A DNA stretch of 63,889 bases, the filler included, from Octopus bimaculoides (Eukaryota), in NCBI RefSeq assembly GCF_001194135.2. It is 5 parts of 5 records of this genome, joined end to end, with 100 filler letters (N's around TTAATTAATTAA, not from the genome) between each part and the next. Parts side by side here need not be neighbours in the genome. Positions count along the whole stretch, not along the records: positions 28,218 to 43,687 come from NC_068985.1; positions 43,788 to 59,448 come from NC_068991.1; 3 more parts are not named here. One strand, 5' to 3'. Both the position numbers and the translations under genes were made by a program. A model generated the notes under the pieces. It did no database searches and was not told the origin of the DNA. It was given only the letters and a program-made list of their open reading frames with translations. Of this stretch, positions 40,713 through 53,812 are shown one piece after another; positions within the stretch are counted from its first letter, which is position 1; the number at the start of each line of letters is the position of its first letter.

Positions 40713-41199
40713 CAGCAGCAGCAATAAAACTAGTAGTAAGTAGTAGTAATGATAACAATAATTGAAACCTTTTTTTGTGTGTATGGAGCAGACATGAAGT
40801 TGATATGTAATGTTACAAATTAAAAGTGAACAAGACCAGGCATATACCTACCCGAAATTTTCGCTGTAAAAGAAACAGAATAAACAATACTAAAGGATCT
40901 ATTCAAATACATATACATACACATATGTACACACACACACACATTAAAATGAATTAGAATTAAATTACACATCTCCAGTATCACACAATATATTACTTAT
41001 AACCTGTACTTCCAGAAGCAAGTGTTCAATGAATGAAGATTATGTTAACAAACATAAATATTACTGTCATCTTTGTTGTTGACTGGTTAAACTCAGTTCT
41101 AGATCAATCAGAAATCTGCAGATTCAACATTCCATATAGGAAGACCTAACTATTGGCCTAAATAGTATTCTACTCAAGCACAGCATATTGCTGAAGATC

Positions 41200-41464
41200 T
41201 TGGTCACTTGTCATTCAGCAATATGCCATGCTTGAATAGAAGACTCATCAAGCCAAGTGAAATTGTAGTCATGGCAACTGGCACCCATGCTGGTGGCACA
41301 TAAAAGCACCCATTACACTTTCAGAGTGCTTGGTGTTAGGAAGAGCATCTAGCTGTAGAAACCATGCCAAATCAGACTTGAGTCTGGTGCAGCTCCTCAG
41401 CTTGTCAGCTCTGGTCAAACCCATGCCAGCATGGACAAGATGTTAAATGACGATGATGATGATG
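41200..41464 (+). mobile_element. Older RTE 3' UTR fragment
   Basis: GGTGGCACATAAAAGCACCC...GTTAAATGACGATGATGATGAT. Confidence 0.75.
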
Positions 41465-43459
41465 TGGAAATATTTCATAGGCTGAACTTCACATACATGG
41501 TGCTCCCAAGACTATTTCATACACTTTATCTACTGAGTTAGTGGAAGTTTTATAAATAGTGAGCCCTTAGGACAAGATATAATGCTAATTTTCCTCTTAT
41601 GAAACAAGGGCAGTTGATTAGATATCACTGGTATTTAACAGAGGGCCCTAGATGAATGAAAAATCAAAATCAATCTCATCAACTGTGATAGAAATTTATA
41701 ACTATGAAACATGTTTAATTAAGAGTAGCTACATAAATAGAGAACTATGAACGCACACATGCACACACAAACACACACATACCTGTAGGGAAACAAAAGC
41801 AATTATCACTGTCTTAATTTCTGCTTCTTAAAAAATCAAACATGACAAGAGAATGTGTTTTGATCTAAACCAATGAGATGCATTTAAAAAAGAGAATAAT
41901 GAAAAAGAAATATCAATATATACACATAAAAAAAGACTTATGGTTTTATTTTTTTAATACATTTAAGCCTTAAGTTTAGAAAGACTTCATTAAAAGAAAA
42001 TTCCATATTGAAGATCAATTTCCTTTACAATTTCTTTTGTCCTTGATGTAGATTTCCCATTCATCTCTCTTGTATTTACAAAACAATAACTGCTCCATCT
42101 CAAAGAACAAAACCCATACAGCTACATGTATAACCTTGGTTTTTCTAAATATCCCAACTCATTGCTACCTTTGCCTAAATCTTGTTGATAAATACACTAC
42201 TCTGCATTTTTTACCCTCAAAAGTTAATCCTCATAGAGAGACACAGAAATTGACACCTTACACAATCCTTCCATCTAAAACTACCTCCCTTCTGGAGATT
42301 ACCCAGCTCACTGATGACTCCCTAACAACCACCATCATCAACCTTTGAAGCCCTTGCTCACTAATCACTCTCTAAGTAACAACTACTATCAACCAAAATG
42401 AAATCCCAACAGCATATACATTTGTACTTTAAGAATATGTAGTTATCATTCCCATTGTCTAACACAATAGAGAATACATGAATAGGTAAGGATGGAAAGG
42501 GAAAAAAGATGTAGATTTATATGAAGAGAAGTAAAATATCAATACATTTTTCATCCTGTTTAAAACATCTTGAACAAGCAGACAATAAAAACAGATTACA
42601 TAAAACTTTTTTCACTACATAATTCAATTTCAGAAATTGTTTAGCTAAATTCCACACAAATCATAAAGAATACACCATTTGCCTAATAAAGTATTCCTTG
42701 AGACTTTTATATCACTTTAAGATAATATTTCTGAATGTTATCTTATTTTTTTTATTATGGATACTGTAGGAAATATGTTTTATAGAAACATATTGTGAAC
42801 AACAGTATGAGGATATGAGATATAAGCATTACAATATAAACACTGAGACACAGTATAGTACAATAACAGTGGTGTTAGTGACAGGGGTACCGTATGATAC
42901 AATAGTGGTAGGGTTGGTAACAAAGAATTGGGACCAAATAAAAACAAGCTCTCAAATGAACACACACACAGACATGCACACAAGCACACAAATGCCAAAA
43001 GAAACACTGAGAAATACAGGCAAAAAAGCAGATGAAATCTTTTTTTAGATTTCTCAGTCAGCTTCTGGAATGATTAATTATTGTAAGTTTTTGAATAATT
43101 TTCGAATTTCATAAGTTGGCATTTTTAAAAATTCCAGTCAGGAGCTGCGCCTGCGCAGTGGATTTGAAAAAATTAGGATGTATAAACGGAAGGCATATAA
43201 TTGATTGCCTTGTGTTTATATATTTTAATCTAAGGTGTACCTGTTGTAAATGACTTAACCTAGCAAATTATCTTTGCTAAATTAAAGTCAGAACCCAATT
43301 GGTCCAGGAAAATAGATGGTAAAAGTTTTTATTTTTTCATTTTGTTCCTTTCGGGATTTTACCCCTAATTTTTTGTGGTTCTAGAACTTAGCTGTTCTTT
43401 CTAGTGTAAGGAATCCCATGAATTGATTCCTCTTATGTGTTTAAATATACACTGTATCT

Positions 43460-43495
<36 letters not shown>

Positions 43496-43524
43496 TATAT
43501 GTATACACATATACATACATACAT

Positions 43525-43570
<46 letters not shown>

Positions 43571-43787
43571 GCATACATATACACACACACACATATATAT
43601 ATATACACACACACATATATATAGATACAAATATATATATATATACATACATATATGGTGGTTGTCTACTCCTTACACAGAGTTTGANNNNNNNNNNNNN
43701 NNNNNNNNNNNNNNNNNNNNNNNNNNNNNNNTTAATTAATTAANNNNNNNNNNNNNNNNNNNNNNNNNNNNNNNNNNNNNNNNNNNN

Positions 43788-43847
<60 letters not shown>

Positions 43848-44092
43848 ACATTTACATACATGCAGTTCTTCACATTTCCTTCTCTTTGTTCTTATTATAC
43901 ATATGCATACATACATGCTCTCTCTTATATATATATAGGCGCGCGCGCGTGTGTGTGTGTATGCCTGTGTGAAAATGTGTATACATGTATACACACACAC
44001 ACACACACATATATATAGAGAGAGAATGAGATATTAGATAGATAGACAAATAAATAGATAGAAAGACAGACAGACATACATACGGATAGATG

Positions 44093-44130
<38 letters not shown>

Positions 44131-46737
44131 TATACACATGCACACACAGATATACATATATAAAGAGAAGGGGTATATATATATGTATATGTATAATATG
44201 ATAGAAAGAGAAGTGAATGTGAAGAATTCCGCAAAGCAGAAATGTTATAAATACTAACATTTTCTAAAGGTTTAATCAAGATGGTTTCTAATTTGCTAAT
44301 CAAAGTCAATACAGCGGCAAAATTGGTTATTGGTTGGCGCCTTTTCAGATGCTGGAGGTGTCTAGAGAAGCAAACATTAACACGCTACTCTATACGGGGC
44401 AGTTTTGCACTGAATTTAATATGTAGCCAAGGTAGAAACTTTTATCTGCAATATTTAATTTCAGCCGTTTGGAAATTGGCTCTCTCTTGCCAATGTTTAG
44501 TAAATTTTAAAAAATGAGCTTTACTTTCGGGCTGTTTCGACACGCAACCATTTTTTGCACAAGCAGAACTCAGCGTACAGAGTAGAGAATAATCAGCTAG
44601 GTGAAGGTCAGTGGTTCGTATCAGCACTAGTTTTTGTTTGTCGTCGAAATACATAAACATCAATGACTCAAACTGTAATGATGCATGTCATGATAGTATC
44701 AACTAATTGTAAAGATGTACTTTAGGATAGGACCAACTAACTGTGAATATGTGTATCATGGTTGCTAAAAGACGTGGCAAAGTTTCGAATGTTTATTTGT
44801 TTACAATTATGCATTCAACTTCGCATTTAACTGAAGATTGAAGAAACATGCTTACAATCAAACTGACTGGCTCTGCGACTAAGTCTTCAGTGTTGTCATT
44901 ACGATCTTATGAATTATAGCAATGGCTATCGTAGTTATAGGACAACAAAGAAATCAGCTGAATATTTACAGATAGCATGGCTTTATCGTGGGCAGCTAAA
45001 TCTCTCGACAATGAACAAGACAGAAGTGATTGAGTGTGCATTACTCTATGCAATATCGGCATAAATTATTCACATCATACTTGCAAAGTACGAACTTCGC
45101 TTATGTCTGAACTTACCAATACATTAGCTACGTCATTTACACGACGTTAGTAACTATCAATAACGCTGCCAATACTACGATAAGTAAATAGACAATTCTA
45201 TAATGTTGCAAACAACTGACATCAATGTTGCTAATTAAATATAATTAACTTCTGCCATCCAACATATTACTTTGTTTACTTCTAAGCAAAAGGCCAACTC
45301 TTATTGCGTAAGGCCGATCGAATAGATAAATATATTGCTGTTACTTACGCCATGAATCTTGGTTGAAAGAAAACCAAACTGTTTCACATGTGATTCGAAC
45401 ACTTATTGCAGAATTTGTGGCAGCGCAAGTAAACCCTTGAGGGGTTCTGTGATACAGTGTATCACCATTTCTATTAACTCGTTGTCTTTGACCAAAACAG
45501 TTTTGGACGTGCAGAAGAGCAGCAGCTGTCACGCTTTCATACTTGGACCCAGTTCACTTTGTCCAACTATATTGTGGCCACAACTACAATCTAAGTGGAG
45601 GTCGCTACACAGTCACTCGACTTTCTAAAAATAACAACCGAATCACCTTCAAGTCACACTGTATCGTCTAAGTAAAGAAGGATACTTTAGATAATGTAAT
45701 CCCTGATATACAAAAACACATGATGATCATGGCTCGAGCGTCTTTGATCATAGGTCAGCTCAATAACGAGTAGCCAGAAACAAAACAACAATAACAATCA
45801 CTCAACATCAGAAAGTGCAGTATAGTTGCTAATTAGACTGACGTATGGTATATTTGAAGCTATTCAATTTGTGGATCGCACCTTGTGGTTTGGCCTATTA
45901 TCTGTGCTTTCCGGGTGTGCTTTATTAGGGAGGATCTGAGACTTCACCGTAACACTAATCACTGTTATTTGTAGCTATAATATCGATTTCCCCCTGTCTA
46001 AGAACAATATCAATTTTTACAGAAGACGAAATATTAGCGAGTTAACCAAACTCAATACACTACTGGAAGTTATTTTATTGATTCTAGAAGGATGAAAAGC
46101 AAAACTGACCCCAGCGGGATTTCAATTTGACATATGGATGGACAATAAAATAATTTTTGTGAAACATTCAGTAAAACTACATACAATTTCAGTCGACTTG
46201 CCATCCTTACTTGACAGAAACAGCTAAGTGTTTTAAAGTATTTAGTTGCATCTCTTTGAAACCAAAGATCAAATCTAGATGGCGTCGACAGTTTCTGCAT
46301 TATAAACCTCCAGGGACGATAGAATGAGTAGCAGTATTACAATAGCATCGATTTAATAAAATTTCCACTGCTCCTGTGAATATTTGACTTTACTCCAATG
46401 TAAGAATTCTATGTCGATTCTATCGACTTTAGGCCAACTAAAAATGAACGACGGCCTATCGCTTCGCCAATTGAAATCAATAACTTGGCTAAGGACACCT
46501 ATATTTCATTAGTGACTTTGAAAAGAATCATATGAATCAGTACAACAATAATACCTACTCAATATTAGAAACTGAGGCGAGCATCGTGGTGCAATGAGTA
46601 GACTATGGCCCAGAGAAATTAACAGCATTTTTCAGTCATATACACACAATCATACAAATATACACACAGATATATGTACATGTGTGTATGTACATATCAC
46701 ATAACACGCACAAGTGTTTATATATGTATAAATATGC

Positions 46738-46764
<27 letters not shown>

Positions 46765-46768
<4 letters not shown>

Positions 46769-47090
46769 GACAATCAGTTAGTTACCATAATAATACTCAG
46801 AGTTTCAGATACCGGGGCTAAAAGACATCCTAATCAGTTATTAAGACAAAACGCTATGAAAAAAAAACCTTAAATAAAGGGTAATTACTGTAATAGGCGT
46901 GAAAAAGTAATTAAAAGCAAGAGATAGAAGATACAAAAATACGACGTAAAGATAGAAATCTTCGTTCATAAAATCTACATACGTACACATGTGTATATAC
47001 ATACATACACGTACACGAGTGCTCACATATGTGTATATGTATATACATACTCACATACACAGACATGTATACATATATATATATACACAT
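46765..47090 (-). mobile_element. Left arm of inverted repeat (Penelope-like terminal repeat/retrozyme-like unit with hammerhead)
   Basis: Reverse complement aligns along its length with 47450-47765 (visibly similar, with scattered substitutions and indels). Confidence 0.7.
46788..46843 (-). ncRNA. Type I hammerhead ribozyme-like motif, same family as 47687-47740, core G8>T
   Basis: Minus strand TAATAA-CTGATTA-GGATGTC(loop)GGTATCT-GAAAC-TCTGA-GTA-TTATTA. Perfect 6-bp stem I and one core substitution. Confidence 0.72.
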
Positions 47091-47267
47091 ATATATACAT
47101 GCACACACATACACATGCATACACGCATACACGCACATGCACACGTACATGTACTCATGCACGCATATTATTATGCTCATATACAATAATGCGTGCATGG
47201 GTACATATACGTGTATATGTGCGTGTATGCATGTGCATGTGTATGCATGTATATATATGTATATATT

Positions 47268-47445
47268 TGGTGGTTGTCTACTCTTTACACAGAGTTTGAC
47301 CACCTCCTGCACCTACACCTTAGCCCTTTCATGGCGTCTGATGTGGCTTTTTAAACCAGACAATGTTTTGAAAAAACACCCACACAGATTGCACCTCTGA
47401 TTTGTACTACCCATACCTGCAGGTAAGTTCTGCTCATTGTGGATC
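47268..47445 (-). mobile_element. 3' end of a non-LTR retrotransposon with terminal C2H2 zinc finger (CNLCGCFFKTLSGLKSHIRRH), stop codon, short 3' UTR and microsatellite tail
   Basis: C-x2-C-x12-H-x3-H followed by stop at 47313-47315. The 3' UTR (GGTGGTTGTCTACTCYTTACACAGAGTTTGA) recurs at 43657-43687, so this is a dispersed repeat. Confidence 0.6.
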
Positions 47446-47449
47446 CTAA

Positions 47450-47765
47450 CATAGATATATATGTATATATGTATGTGTACGTGAGTATGTACATATATAC
47501 ACATGTGTGTATGTGTGTTCGTGTGTATGTATATATACATGTGCACGTAAGTAGATTTTATGAACGAAGATTTCTATCTTTACGTGGTTGTATTTTTATA
47601 TCTTATATCTCTTTTATTCACTTTTTCCACGCCTATTAGAATAGCTTCCCTTTATTCAACGGTTTTTTTTTCATAGCGTTTTGTTTTAATAACTGATGAG
47701 GATGTCCTTTGGCCCCGGCATCTGAAACTGAGTACGATTATGACAGCTAAATGATTGTCCTATTT
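47450..47765 (+). mobile_element. Right arm of inverted repeat (same unit)
   Basis: GTAGATTTTATGAACGAAGATTTCTATCTTTACG... through the hammerhead is the inverse of 46765-46985. Confidence 0.7.
47687..47740 (+). ncRNA. Type I hammerhead ribozyme-like motif with degenerate stem I
   Basis: TAATAA-CTGATGA-GGATGTC(10-nt loop)GGCATCT-GAAAC-TGA-GTA-CGATTA. Core intact; the two stem I pairs next to the cleavage site are mismatched. Confidence 0.75.
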
Positions 47766-47834
47766 ATAGATAACTTCCTCTATTTACATAATATCGAGGT
47801 CTTATTCATTCTTAGGTTGTCATATTATTATGAT

Positions 47835-47895
<61 letters not shown>

Positions 47896-49589
47896 CATTC
47901 ATGTATATATATTCAGAGTGTCCCCACTCATATATACACACACTTTGACAGCTGATAACTAGATCTTCTTCAATCCTCTAGAGAAGGGTGCGTTCGGAGT
48001 ATGTAACCTCAGTCTACAAGTCCTTTGCGCATTCATGCGTTAGGTGTTTTGGAATGTTTTAATAATAATTTGTATTTCTGAGAACACGATGTTTGATATC
48101 AGTATCAAATGACAGCATCTTGATTTGTTGGATTATGTAACAGTATGGTGCAAATCGTTCTGATGTTCTATCGAAAGGTTTATTTTATAAATATTTCAAC
48201 AAACCTATGATTTATGTCGACAAAATAACTGGTCTGAAAGGGTTTTTAGAATAGAATTGCTATGGGACATCTAATATTTTATTTTTCTTGAAATACAAAA
48301 ATTACATCCATCATTTCTGATTTTAGTATTGTAGGTGTACTGTTATATTCCGAGCGATTTTTCTAGTATTGGTCCGTTTTAAAACCAAATGTGCTTCCAT
48401 AATTTTGCTAAAAGATATTTCTACGTGTAATTTTGTTGATTATATCTTAACTTCGAAGATGTTTCGGTCAACTGATGTCAGCTTTAGAAATTCAATTATT
48501 AGCTGTAAATACTTTCGTAAAATAAGCTACATAAACGAATTAATATGCAATTTAAAGGGCTAGAACAATGCTCGAACGGAAAGGATTTGATGTGTATAGC
48601 TGCTTCACATTTCGTGTATTAAAAATTGTTAATTTATAGCAATATCATGTGTACAACAAATCTTAATTCAACTTATTTATAATGAAAATCTTATAACCTC
48701 AATTTTTCGGAAGCTGTTTATGTAGTAAATAAAAAAATTCTTAGTTTAACTGGTATTTATATGAAATTAATTGGAATATTAAACGAAATAGTTTTCTGTT
48801 TTGTAGTTTACAGTGTATGAGAATGAATAACACGATCTATGTAAATGATGTTATCATCTAAGGCTAAGTTTTTAATGCCTCATTATATATTATAAGGGTC
48901 CTGCATTGTTAAAGATATATCACATGAAATATATAATATCCGTATACTAATATTTTTCGCTAAATTCTTATAATGACACATGGGTAATGTGAAGCATTAT
49001 TAATGTATTGTTGCTTAGATACCGTAATAATTTTTTATGCTCTCAGATCAGCAACTATTATTTCAATTAATTTTTTTAGTTTCAGCTCTGATTTCAAAAT
49101 CTTTTGGTGAATTTTTTTTAAAGCCATAAAATTTTGAATTCTTCCTGATTTGTCTCTGATTATAAAAGGATTAATTGGTGCATTCTCACAACGTGGAATA
49201 TATATCCGTGTTATTGTGAAAAAAATTGAATCCTAATATTTTCACTTAGTTTAACTCTTTTGCAATTTAGAGTTACTTAGTTGAATTTGATTTGAGTAAC
49301 AATTTAATTGAAATTATTACTTTCTGTCGACATTCAAACGAGGCAACATGCATTGTGTTATTAAACTTATGTGCAATTAATTACTTTACTTCGGATGAAG
49401 GTTACACTTTTAGAAGATAAAGAATGAGATTGTCTGTGAGTCATGCCACTGACCAAGTCTTGAAATAAATATACTAAGCCTTAACTAGAATTCGAACGTT
49501 ACTAGCAGAATCATCTAATATTTTGCTATAGAACTCTCTCCACGCTGTATTATTGATTTCAAATTTCGTGGGAAAAGTAACTCTATTAT

Positions 49590-49735
49590 AGCTGCTACTT
49601 ATTTTATCGACACCGAAAGGATGAAAAGTAAAGTTGACCTTGGTCGAATCTGGACTCAGAGTGTGAAGCCGGACTAAATGCCGCTGAGAATTTTGTCCGG
49701 CATGCTAACGATCCTGCCAGCTCGCCGCCTTGCTA
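49590..49735 (-). mobile_element. Family A SINE
   Basis: ATCGACACCGAAAGGATGAAAAG...CTGCCAGCTCGCCGCC. Confidence 0.8.
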
Positions 49736-49968
49736 CGCTATATTATTGAGAATGAAAAGTTAGCCGACCAAAATGCTTATTTGATTAGTCAAGGAGTTTT
49801 GAAGCGATACAAAGAGAATAACTGATTAGAAAGAAAGCTGGAGACGATGTTGCTGTTACTGGTTATGATGAGGTGGGTTATATGAAGAAACATTGGTAGT
49901 AGTGAAAGAACAGAAAGTATAAGAAGAATGGAAGATGAAGAGAATGGGTGAAAATAAAAGATAAAAGT

Positions 49969-50055
49969 GAAGAAGAAGAAGAAGAAGAAGAAGAAGAAGA
50001 AGAAGAAGAAGAAGAAGAAGAAGAAGAAGAAGAAGAAGAAGAAGAAGAAGAAGAA
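49969..50055 (+). repeat. (GAA)29 microsatellite
   Basis: Uninterrupted GAA run. Confidence 0.95.
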
Positions 50056-51167
50056 TTGGTTCGTTTAAATATCGGAGGAAAAAGGAAAGATGGATGTTTT
50101 GAGACAATTTGTCTTGTGAACAACGGACCGCGTGTGTCTGAGTCCGGTCAATAATGTTAACCATTGATCCGTTAGATTTCCAAAGCAATTCTGAATATTG
50201 ACGGCAGACATAAGAGGAGAAACACTGCTCTGGCTGTGAGAATAGTATTCAATCGTTTGTCTGCCTTAGAACATTCTAGGTTTTATTGATAGGGAAGTTT
50301 TATTTAGCACACTGAAGGAGAGATAAATTAATTTCAAGAAATTTCCATTCCTCCAATGCAGAAACTGCAGTTCTTTGCTGTTATTTTCTTTCCTCCCAAT
50401 AATTCTTTCTCTCCTTGTATTTTTCTTTCCTTTTTTATACTTACATTTTTGATAGAATCGGATGTGTCGAATAGAGGTTTGCTGACTGAATATCAAACCT
50501 AGAGACTACGCGAGGACTTAGTTTTGATAAAATGATTTCTATTTTCATTTGAAAATGTGGTATACAATAATAAAAACGATAATAAAACCAAGAGATTAGT
50601 GAGATTAAAGATTTAAACCAGTTTAATACACAGTCGCAATAAATTACAGTGGCATTGCAGTGCTTAATATATATTTTCAATCTTTGGTGGTCTTTAAGAC
50701 GTGGAAATAACAAGAAATTATGAACTGTCAGTATACCTTTATAATTAATAATTCGTATATATTATGAGTATGGTAAGTAAAAAGTTAAATTCATCGAATG
50801 GTACGGTTTCAATTAAATTCAAACTTAGTTTGATGCAAGTTTACTTCGTTTGACTCATTAACACATTTTAAAAAGGCATAAGAGTCTGTTGTTGCCACTT
50901 GTTGCACATCTCTTAATATTCAGTTTTCTAAAATATTCATTGCAGGCTAATATGCTAATATATGTTAATGATGTTACGCATTCTGTTACCCCCGTTGCTC
51001 AACGTTTTATGCGGAGTTGCAAGAAAGAAACATTAGTGCAGAATAATTTTACCACTCCAAGATTAATAAAATGAGAATAATATAATCGGATTGATTCCAT
51101 CGGCTCTACTGTTCTCCTACAAATGTGTTGCGTTGTGTTTATATAAGAAATCGATATTAGAATACGC

Positions 51168-51395
51168 TAAGGCGGTGAGCTAGCAGAATCGTTCGCACAT
51201 CGGACCAAATGCTTAGCAGCATTATATCCGTTTTTACGTTCTGAGTTTAAATTCCACTGAAGCCGACTTTGTCTTTCATCCTTTCATGGGTCAATAAAAT
51301 GAGTACCAGTTGAGCACTAGGGTCGATGTAATTAACAAGTCCTTTCTCTCAAAAATGTTGGCCTCGTGCCAAAATTTGTAACCAGTATTAGAACA
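51168..51395 (+). mobile_element. Family A SINE
   Basis: AAGGCGGTGAGCTAGCAGAATCGTT...GTACCAGTTGAGCACTAGGGTCGATG. Confidence 0.8.
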
Positions 51396-52975
51396 CACGT
51401 TATAATACTTGTAATAACAGAAAGAGTAGTAAGCAGGATTACTTTCAAGTCAGCATTTAGCTCAGATCTTCATGTACTGATTTCAAATCTACCGGCAAAA
51501 ACTTTATCTCTTATCTGCCGTGTCTTTAAGCTGGAACACAGAAAGTGTGATGACATTCAATTGACAATTCCTTTTTCTCTTTTTACACATTTCTGTACAT
51601 AAGTAAGAAATCACACTATTTATGGATATTAATCATAAACGTGATAGCACGGTAGTGCTATCTCGTTCATGCATGGTTGATAAGTGTTAGCAATACACAT
51701 CGATATTCGTAATATTAATGGCAATCATAATAGCAATGACAAATGTTCAAATAGTAAACTCTACGTTCTATGTTCCACAAGAAATGGTCGAATCAATAAA
51801 ATACCATATAAAGGCGTAATAAAACTCTAGTAAACAAGAGGATTATAGGAGGAATTTCAACTATGTTTCGTGGTCTGCTACCACAACAGCTCCTTTATAG
51901 GATCCAGTTAGCTCAAGACATTATCAGGAGGAACCACGTCCGGTTTCGGCCCCTACTCCTCTACCGTTTTGACGTGGCGGGGGCCATCCCCTTTCGGAGG
52001 TGTCTTCAGCTCTGGTGTTGGGTGCATGTCTTCTTTCACTGTTTGTGACTGTTCTAATTCAACTGTGGGATGTCCCTCGCTATGGTTATTTTCCAGGAAG
52101 TTCTGGCCACACGTCTTACGGTTCATCAACCCGCGTTGTTGAATTACTTTTTTCATTGATATTTTGTAAACATGCAGCTTTGTGAAGAAGTGTTTTCCAT
52201 CTGAGAGGTTCGAAATACTATAAAAACACTCATTTAGACGTATTGTTAAATACATTCTAGCATCATTAAGGAAGATTCATTCTATGCTGACGCTGTTCCC
52301 CACCTATTAAATTGAGTTCATTCGCGACTCACAGTTTAAGCATTTAAATTCCGATTTCCGTAATTAAGCATTTTCGATCTGTTTCTGCCCTTCTCTTTTC
52401 GGAAGTTGTCATCTTTATTGTGTACCAATACTCTGTTTGAACTGTTATCAGCAGCAATTCTGCGTACAATTCTGTGTGTGCAATTCTGTGTGCAATTCTG
52501 TGTTCTTTCATCTAGAACCAGATGAATCTCCTAAAAGTGGAATAACATCACCTTTTACAACCCAAACAATATCGGAGGAACAGAGTGTTGATACAATAAA
52601 GGATAAATATTCCTTGCATAAGACTGATAGAGAAAGTCAATTGTTTTTCACCTTTCGCGATCAGAGAAATTTATAAATTCGTCATCAGATTATTAAACAC
52701 GTGACGTTTAAAGAGATATTAGTCATATGAGTGACGGGAAGGATTTATAATTCTGAGACAAAATGGGAACATGTCATACTGTTCTTTGAAGATATACCTA
52801 CGTACTACCTTAATTCCATGATATTTCGCAATCTAAATATGTATTAGTAGTTGTTTCTCTTGTATAATTTCTGCCATTTAATTCCTATGTCAATTTTCAT
52901 AAGGACGAGTCAATTTTCATAAAGGATACCAAGAATCGCAGTTTTGATTACTTACGAAGATGATAGAGAATAAGA

Positions 52976-53083
52976 TTTACACTCACGTAGTTTTCAACAG
53001 ATCAGACTTGAAGCTTTAAGGAGTTCGCTGCAGACAGTGTTAGCACAGTAAATTCATTGTTTAATAAATGGTCTGTGTGCGTG

Positions 53084-53115
<32 letters not shown>

Positions 53116-53376
53116 CATGTATTATGTGTGTGTATGGCTGTGTGTGTATGTATGCATGAGTGTGTATGTATGTGTGTATATGTGTGTATATACTATATAT
53201 ATTATATTTTTATATGCATTTATATTAGATATATGTGTATATATGTATTATATTATATATGTGTGTATACATATATGTGTGTGTGTGGAGTGAAAGAGAT
53301 AGATAGACAGAGAAAGGGGGAGAGAGAGGGAGAGAGAGGGAGGGAGAAAGAGAGGGAGTGTGAGTAATTCCTCGTT
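52976..53376 (+). repeat. ~400-bp direct repeat, copy 1
   Basis: TTTACACTCACGTAG...GTAATTCCTCGTT recurs almost identically at 55383-55779, including its microsatellite blocks. Confidence 0.95.
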
Positions 53377-53812
53377 GTTTCCCATTGTTTATTCCAGTAC
53401 AACTGTAGTCTAGTGGAAGGTTATAAAGGTTATCTAGTCCAGTTTATGTATATCATATGCTACATTGCCCTGTGTTGCCATGTTTAAGACAGAAGTGCCA
53501 TCATTTAAAAATTATCGTTGTTATTTAGTTTATGCTTTTTGTAGATGGAGCATCTATGTAGAAACTTACTCGTTGTTTCAAACAGCACTATATGTTATTT
53601 GCACATGGTGAAACGATATTGTTAGTATCTCAGAATAAATGTCCGTAGAAGTTTGCGCTGAAGATCTGCTGAAAATAATTTATCTCACTAGAAGTATTTC
53701 ATTTTATTTCTAGATTAGACATTTTCATTTATCTCTTTCAGTTGACAGAAACTATCATATTTTTAATTGATATATGGTGTGATTTTATTACATTTAATGT
53801 ATTTAATCCAAT

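Noticed and set aside
47313-47400. C2H2 zinc-finger gene exon
   Set aside because: Single finger with no TGEKP linker, immediate stop, and the downstream sequence is repeated at 43657; better explained as a LINE C-terminus.
47914-48272. Tc1-like MITE (CAGAGTGTCCCC ... GGGACATCT)
   Set aside because: Terminal matches are too short and degenerate to support a call.
49948-50154. Poly-Glu ORF followed by LVRLNIGGKR, resembling the start of a BTB/T1 domain
   Set aside because: The Glu run is a (GAA)n microsatellite; similarity ends after ~10 residues and no splice signals support an exon.
52620-52695. Minus-strand CTGATGA...GAAA as a further hammerhead (similar partial cores at 26452, 44832 and 58955)
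   Set aside because: Stems II, III and I cannot be formed around the core.
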